Shown piece after piece: positions 14,908 to 19,746 of a stretch of 19,746 nt of DNA. The notes below the pieces were generated by a model. It did not search any database, was not told the DNA's origin, and saw nothing but the letters and a program-made list of their open reading frames with translations. The stretch covers positions 1 through 19,746 of IMG/VR virus record IMGVR_UViG_2671180921_000033; one strand, written 5' to 3'. Numbering within the stretch: position 1 is the first letter of the stretch; every line of letters begins with the position of its first letter. The position numbers and the translations under genes were made by a program. Source of the DNA: a virus (lineage: Duplodnaviria > Heunggongvirae > Uroviricota > Caudoviricetes).

Positions 14908-15462
14908 ATGGCTACTATCCCTACCCTTTCTCACCCTGACGTAACCATCAAAAATGGTCGCGCTGTCACTACGTCTGTTGCGGTTGCAGAGTTCTTCCGC
15001 AAAATGCACAAGGACGTTTTGCGCAAAATTGAAACGCTAGAATGCTCTGAAGATTTTAACGAGCGCAATTTTACGCCCGTTACCTACACCGACGCCAAAG
15101 GCGAAAAACGACCAATGTACCAAATCACCAAAAACGGCTTCGTTTTCCTGGTGATGGGTTTCACCGGCAAAAAAGCCGCCGCATTCAAAGAAGCCTACAT
15201 CGCTGAGTTCGACCGCATGGAGGCAGAGCTGCGTCAGAATAACACCCCGCCCGCTGACAAAATTATTCCGGGTGATGGTCGCACTCTCGTTGTTCACTTC
15301 GACGAACACGGCAACATCAGATTCACCGAAACCGTTCCTGACGGCGCTCTCGTCTGTACCCTGGATACCTTCCGCTTTTATCTGGAGAAACAGGGCTGGA
15401 CTCTTGTTAACCGTAGCGCAATTAAAAATATGACCGTCGAACAGTTGCTGGGTATTAAATAG
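14908..15462 (+). CDS. Rha-family phage regulatory protein (antirepressor)
   Basis: ATG at 14908 with SD GAGG. Translation MATIPTLSHPDVTIKNGRAVTTSVAVAEFFRKMHKDVLRKIETL...FNERNFTPVTY...ITKNGFVFLVMGFTGKKAAAFKEAYIAEF matches the Rha pattern. The ORF-track 5' extension to 14611 runs through a promoter and terminator and is rejected. Confidence 0.85.
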   Translation: MATIPTLSHPDVTIKNGRAVTTSVAVAEFFRKMHKDVLRKIETLECSEDFNERNFTPVTYTDAKGEKRPMYQITKNGFVFLVMGFTGKKAAAFKEAYIAEFDRMEAELRQNNTPPADKIIPGDGRTLVVHFDEHGNIRFTETVPDGALVCTLDTFRFYLEKQGWTLVNRSAIKNMTVEQLLGIK

Positions 15463-15508
15463 TTTTCCGGGATTTTCTTAATACGACAAATTCATTAAGG
15501 AGATAATT

Positions 15509-15730
15509 ATGATTGCTCATCACTTCGGAACCGATGAAATACCGCGTCAGTGTGTAACGCCCGGTGATTACGTTATGTATCAGGGAAGAACGTATGTTGC
15601 ATCTGTCAATGAAATCAAAAAACACCGGCTTTATATCCGGGGATTCTGCACTCAGCATTGCATTAAGGACACCATGATTAAGGTCTTCCTCGGTCGTGAC
15701 GGATTGCCCGCAAAAGCGGAATCATGGTGA
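15509..15730 (+). CDS. Small protein (73 aa) at the position and size of Rac KilR
   Basis: Strong SD AAGGAG 6 nt upstream of the ATG. Translation [32 protein letters not shown]... The KilR-like call rests on size and synteny, not on a verified alignment. Confidence 0.45.
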   Translation: MIAHHFGTDEIPRQCVTPGDYVMYQGRTYVASVNEIKKHRLYIRGFCTQHCIKDTMIKVFLGRDGLPAKAESW

Positions 15731-15871
15731 CGGGCAATTAAATGCGGAATCAGATTATATTTCCGTTATGACCGGATAAAACACAAAATTTATAAAACAC
15801 ACATTAACCATGAATTTATGCCAGCAATGGCAGGGATTTGTTCACCCTGAAAATGGTAATGAGGTTTATCA

Positions 15872-18325
15872 ATGAACGCTGATAATAAAGAAATTGCACT
15901 ATATTACGAAGCCAAAAATGACAAAGTCAGAAAACGCCTTGGAATTAAAGGCGGTTTTTGCTGGCGCACAGCAAAAAAATTATCGGTTGCAATATCACAC
16001 GGTATTGTCGCAATGGACGATGCCGGATTTGACGAAGAGGATTTTAAAAAACCCGTCCGCGTCCATTTACCCGTTGTGAATGACCTTCCTCCGGAAGGCG
16101 TGTTTGATACCGAATTCTGCAACCGATACGAAAAAGGCGGGGAAGATGGTATCACAATGGTACTTATCGCACCCTCGCCCTCTGTTCAGGACAAACCAGC
16201 CAGCACTGACAATACCAACGTCAACGGCGAAGACATGACTGAGATTGAGGACAATATGCTTCTGCCGGTTTCAGGTCAGATTCTGCCTGTTCGATGGCTG
16301 GCACAGCACGGCAGCGAAAAACCGGTCACGCACGTTTCACGGGACGAGCTGCGCGCATTACATAACGCACAGGAAGAAAAACTTCCCACTGTTACCGTGC
16401 TGGCCATCTCAAATAAAGCAGTGCAACTCGAACCGCTGGAGATTCGGGATTTGTACAAACTGGTGCGGGACACTGACAAGGTTTTTCCCGCCCCCGTAAA
16501 TTCAGACCTGGGGTTTATGACCGCCTTCATCGAAGCATACCTGGACGCTGACTACACCGATCGCGGTCTGCTTACAAAAGAGTGGATGAAGGGAAATCGT
16601 GTTTCGCGCATCAGCCGCACACCATCCGGCGCTAACGCTGGCGGCGGTATTCTTACCGATCGCGGCGAAGGTTTTGTACACGATAGTGCATCACTGGCGC
16701 GCGACGTAGCCACTGGCGTGCTGACCCGCTCAATGGACGTGGACATTTACAATCTTCATCCCGCGCACGCTAAACGCATTGAGGAAATTGTCGCTGAAAA
16801 TAAACCTCCCTTTTCTGTGTTTTTCAGCAAATTCATCACCATGCCTGGCGGGATGGACTATTCCCGCGCCATCGTGGTTGCCTCCGTGAAAGAAGCACCG
16901 GTTGGTATAGAGGCTATGCCCCACCGCGTCACCGAATATCTGAATAAAGTGCTGACCGAAACCGATCATGCCAACCCTGATCCGGAAATCGTGGATATTG
17001 CCTGCGGTCGCTCCTCCGCCCCGATGCCGCAGCGTGTAACAGAAGAAGAAAAACAGGATGATGAAGAAAAACCGCAACCATCTGGTGCAATGGCAGATGA
17101 ACAGGCAACGGCTGAAGCAATGGAGCCGGATACAACTGAACATCGCCAGAACACGCAATCGCTTGATGCTCAGGCACAGGTAAATTCTGTTGATGCGAAA
17201 TATCAGGAACTGCGGGCAGAACTCCATGAAGCCCGGAAAAACATTCCATCAAAAAATCCTGTCGATGCCGATAAATTGCTTGCTGCATCACGTGGTGAAT
17301 TTGTTGAGGGGATTAGCGACCCGAACGATCCGAAATGGGTGAAGGGGATTGCAACACACGATACTGTGAACCAGTGCCAGCAAGAATCGGAACAGAACGA
17401 CCAGAAAGCGGGACAAAACAGCCCGGATGCGCAACAAAACGAGCCAGAAGCGATACATCCGGAGCCGGAAGCGCAACACGTGCAGGAAAAACCATGTAAT
17501 GCTTGCGGGAAACATGGCGGCGGCAACTGCCCTGACTGTGGCACAGTGATGGGTGACGCAACACACCAGGAAATGTTCAATGAAGAGAATCAGCCTGAAG
17601 TTCAGGAAAATAATCCGGAGGAAATGGAAGGCTCTGCGCATCAGCACAAGGAGAACTCTGGTGGCAATCAGCATCATGCCAGCGATAGTGAAACTGGCGA
17701 GACGGCAAATCCCTTAATTAAGGTGACTGGTCATCATAAATATAAGTCCACCAGCAAAACGTGGTATCACCTGATGATCGACCTTGAGACGATGGGAACC
17801 AACACCAATGCGCCCATCGTGGTTATTGGGGCGGTTTTCTTCGACCCGCAGACAGGGAAAATCGGGCCGGTATTTTATATCGTTATCAGTCTGACTGACG
17901 CAATGAATACAGGAGCTGTTCCTGACGGTGGAACCATCGAATGGTGGCTGAAGCAGTCCAGTGAAGCCAGAGCTGCCATTTTAACAGACCAGGTGAAACT
18001 GAAAGATGCCCTTTTGCGCTTTCGGGAATTCGTCAATGAACACTCTGATGAAAAATTCGTTCAGGTGTGGGGGAATGGTGCAACGTTCGATAACTCAATT
18101 TTGCGCACCTCATACGAACGCCTGGGCATCCCCTGCCCGTGGCATTACAGCAACGATCGTGATGTACGCACGATCGTTGAGCTGGGGAAAACCATAGACT
18201 TCAATGCCAGAAGCGTAATTCCATTCGAAGGCGTACCCCACAATGCGCTGGATGACGCCCTTCACCAGGCAAAATACGTTACAGCCACTATTCAAAAACT
18301 GATCCCGAGTCAGGCTGATTTTTAA
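15872..18325 (+). CDS. RecE-like large protein whose C-terminal domain is a DEDDh 3'-5' exonuclease (817 aa)
   Basis: N-terminal two-thirds resemble, from memory, the Rac RecE N-terminal region (for example [50 protein letters not shown]). The last roughly 190 aa carry DEDDh motifs [20 protein letters not shown] and [12 protein letters not shown]. Confidence 0.7.
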   Translation: MNADNKEIALYYEAKNDKVRKRLGIKGGFCWRTAKKLSVAISHGIVAMDDAGFDEEDFKKPVRVHLPVVNDLPPEGVFDTEFCNRYEKGGEDGITMVLIAPSPSVQDKPASTDNTNVNGEDMTEIEDNMLLPVSGQILPVRWLAQHGSEKPVTHVSRDELRALHNAQEEKLPTVTVLAISNKAVQLEPLEIRDLYKLVRDTDKVFPAPVNSDLGFMTAFIEAYLDADYTDRGLLTKEWMKGNRVSRISRTPSGANAGGGILTDRGEGFVHDSASLARDVATGVLTRSMDVDIYNLHPAHAKRIEEIVAENKPPFSVFFSKFITMPGGMDYSRAIVVASVKEAPVGIEAMPHRVTEYLNKVLTETDHANPDPEIVDIACGRSSAPMPQRVTEEEKQDDEEKPQPSGAMADEQATAEAMEPDTTEHRQNTQSLDAQAQVNSVDAKYQELRAELHEARKNIPSKNPVDADKLLAASRGEFVEGISDPNDPKWVKGIATHDTVNQCQQESEQNDQKAGQNSPDAQQNEPEAIHPEPEAQHVQEKPCNACGKHGGGNCPDCGTVMGDATHQEMFNEENQPEVQENNPEEMEGSAHQHKENSGGNQHHASDSETGETANPLIKVTGHHKYKSTSKTWYHLMIDLETMGTNTNAPIVVIGAVFFDPQTGKIGPVFYIVISLTDAMNTGAVPDGGTIEWWLKQSSEARAAILTDQVKLKDALLRFREFVNEHSDEKFVQVWGNGATFDNSILRTSYERLGIPCPWHYSNDRDVRTIVELGKTIDFNARSVIPFEGVPHNALDDALHQAKYVTATIQKLIPSQADF

Positions 18326-18389
18326 TGTTCAACCCCGGTCGTCGCCCACCAGCTATAGTGGCGGCGACCATGATTAACAAACAACGCTC

Positions 18390-18638
18390 ATGGCAAGACT
18401 TATTCTGCTCACTGAGTGGGCAAAAGAGGAATTCGGCGATCCGATCCCTGCTCCGGGCACGTTAAGTAAATACGCTAAAGCCGGAATGATATTTCCTCTT
18501 CCCAAAAAAGTTGGAAGACGCTGGCGAGTGGATCCGCGAGCTCGCTTTGTCGGAATGGTAAACAAGCCGGAGGTGATCGCCACAGATCACCCAGCATTGA
18601 AGAGGATACTGGAAGATGGCGCGCCCGCGAAAATATAA
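18390..18638 (+). CDS. xis: Excisionase (lambda Xis-like)
   Basis: 82 aa, LLTEWAKEEFG...GMIFPLPKKVGRRWRVDPRARF parallels the lambda Xis core. 3' end overlaps the integrase start. Confidence 0.75.
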   Translation: MARLILLTEWAKEEFGDPIPAPGTLSKYAKAGMIFPLPKKVGRRWRVDPRARFVGMVNKPEVIATDHPALKRILEDGAPAKI

Positions 18639-19746
18639 AACTGATGTTCCGGGATTATCTCCGTATTTTGACAAAAGAAATAACAAAGTTTACTGGCGTT
18701 ACAAGCATCCCATAACAGGCAAAAATCACGGTCTCGGCAGTATTGAGCAGAAACTGGCAGAAACTATTGCAGCAGAAGCGAACAGCCGTCTTGCCAGGCA
18801 GCAAATGGAACAAATGCTCAGTCTGCAGGAGAAAATTATTAGAGATACCGGCGGTTCATCAACCGTTTCCATTTTTCTGAATAATTACAGAAAAATTCAA
18901 CAGGAAAGATATGAAAACGGAGAGATCAAACTCAACACGCTGAAACAAAAAGCGGCCCCTCTCAGGGTATTTGATGAACATTTTGGCACCAGACCGTTAG
19001 ATGCCATAACCGTAAAAGATGTGGTATCGGTGCTGGAAGAGTACAAGGCCAGAGGACATAACAGAATGGGACAAATTTTCAGGAAGGTATTGATCGATGT
19101 TTTCCGGGAGGCTCAACAAACGGGTGATGTCCCGCCAGGCTTTAACCCGGCTGAATCGGCAAAAAAACCGCAAGTGCGGATATCAAGACAGCGACTGACT
19201 TTTGATGAGTGGATGATGATTTATAACGCAGCGGAAAAGGATGGTTACTTTTTACAGCGCGGCATGCTGCTGGCACTGATGACGGGCCAGCGTCTTTCGG
19301 ATATTTGCAAAATGCAGTTTTCGGATATCCGGGATGGTTATCTTCATGTCGAACAGCAAAAAACAGGAGCCCGGATAGCCATTCCTCTGGCTCTGCGTTG
19401 CGACAAATTAAATCTTACCCTGGGTGACGTGGTGTCATCCTGTCGTGATTACATCCTTAGTCCGTGGTTATTGCACCATCATCACGCTAAGGGGATGGGT
19501 AAGCGCGGCGGGATGGTTAAACCAGCAACATTAACAGTCGCATTTAAAAAAGCCCGGGATTCTGTGGATTACAACTGGCGTGCTAATGGCACGCCACCCT
19601 CTTTCCATGAGCAAAGATCTTTATCAGAACGATTGTTCAGAGAACAGGGAATTGATACCAAAATTTTGCTGGGCCATTCGAATCAAAAAATGACCGATAT
19701 TTACAACGACGCACGCGGTAAAGAATGGAAAAAACTGGTTATTTGA
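18616..19746 (+). CDS. int: Tyrosine integrase (lambda Int family)
   Basis: 376 aa with catalytic-region motifs TGQRLSDI, FHEQRSLS and LLGHSNQKMTDIY. Stop codon at the window edge. Confidence 0.9.
   Translation: MARPRKYKTDVPGLSPYFDKRNNKVYWRYKHPITGKNHGLGSIEQKLAETIAAEANSRLARQQMEQMLSLQEKIIRDTGGSSTVSIFLNNYRKIQQERYENGEIKLNTLKQKAAPLRVFDEHFGTRPLDAITVKDVVSVLEEYKARGHNRMGQIFRKVLIDVFREAQQTGDVPPGFNPAESAKKPQVRISRQRLTFDEWMMIYNAAEKDGYFLQRGMLLALMTGQRLSDICKMQFSDIRDGYLHVEQQKTGARIAIPLALRCDKLNLTLGDVVSSCRDYILSPWLLHHHHAKGMGKRGGMVKPATLTVAFKKARDSVDYNWRANGTPPSFHEQRSLSERLFREQGIDTKILLGHSNQKMTDIYNDARGKEWKKLVI

Larger units (their letters stand above)
932..19746. mobile_element. Defective lambdoid (Rac-like) prophage, early/regulatory half; right boundary beyond the window, left boundary unresolved (between about 540 and 1440)
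   Basis: Gene content and order: int, xis, recE-like, rha, repressor, cro-like, O, P-like, nin genes, rusA, Q, PR'. No lysis or morphogenesis genes follow PR'. Confidence 0.6.

Noticed and set aside
16245-17677. Several antisense ORFs (60-165 aa) inside the recE-like gene
   Set aside because: They lie entirely within a long, well-supported plus-strand coding sequence; typical antisense-frame artefacts.

Overview
This window reads as the early/regulatory half of a defective Rac-like lambdoid prophage in an enterobacterial background. All calls come from reading the sequence and the supplied ORF translations; no database search or computation was possible, so family names are from memory and hedged. 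Right end (plus strand): Rha antirepressor, a small KilR-sized ORF, a RecE-like exonuclease, excisionase and integrase, so the int-proximal att site lies beyond 19746. Centre: an immunity region with a Cro-like/YdaS-YdaT pair (minus) facing an XRE repressor co-transcribed with a PaaA2/ParE-like toxin-antitoxin pair (plus), flanked by two copies of an AAAAACTGT-N9-ACAGTTTTT inverted repeat. Minus-strand early-right operon: O-like initiator with internal iterons, DnaC-like loader, nin-region genes, DUF968, RusA and Q. Downstream of Q, a PR'/tR'-like late promoter leads not to lysis or structural genes but to an ORF6N antirepressor-like gene, a MazF-like toxin and a tRNA-Thr/tRNA-Gly operon. An AT-rich island (about 4.5-8.3 kb) in the nin region carries a hok/mok module, an uncharacterised 3-gene cassette, and a 4-gene cassette (STAS-like protein, GHKL ATPase/kinase-like protein, second STAS-like protein, membrane protein). 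That 4-gene cassette resembles a phage-borne partner-switching (stressosome-like) module and is my best candidate for an undescribed system.
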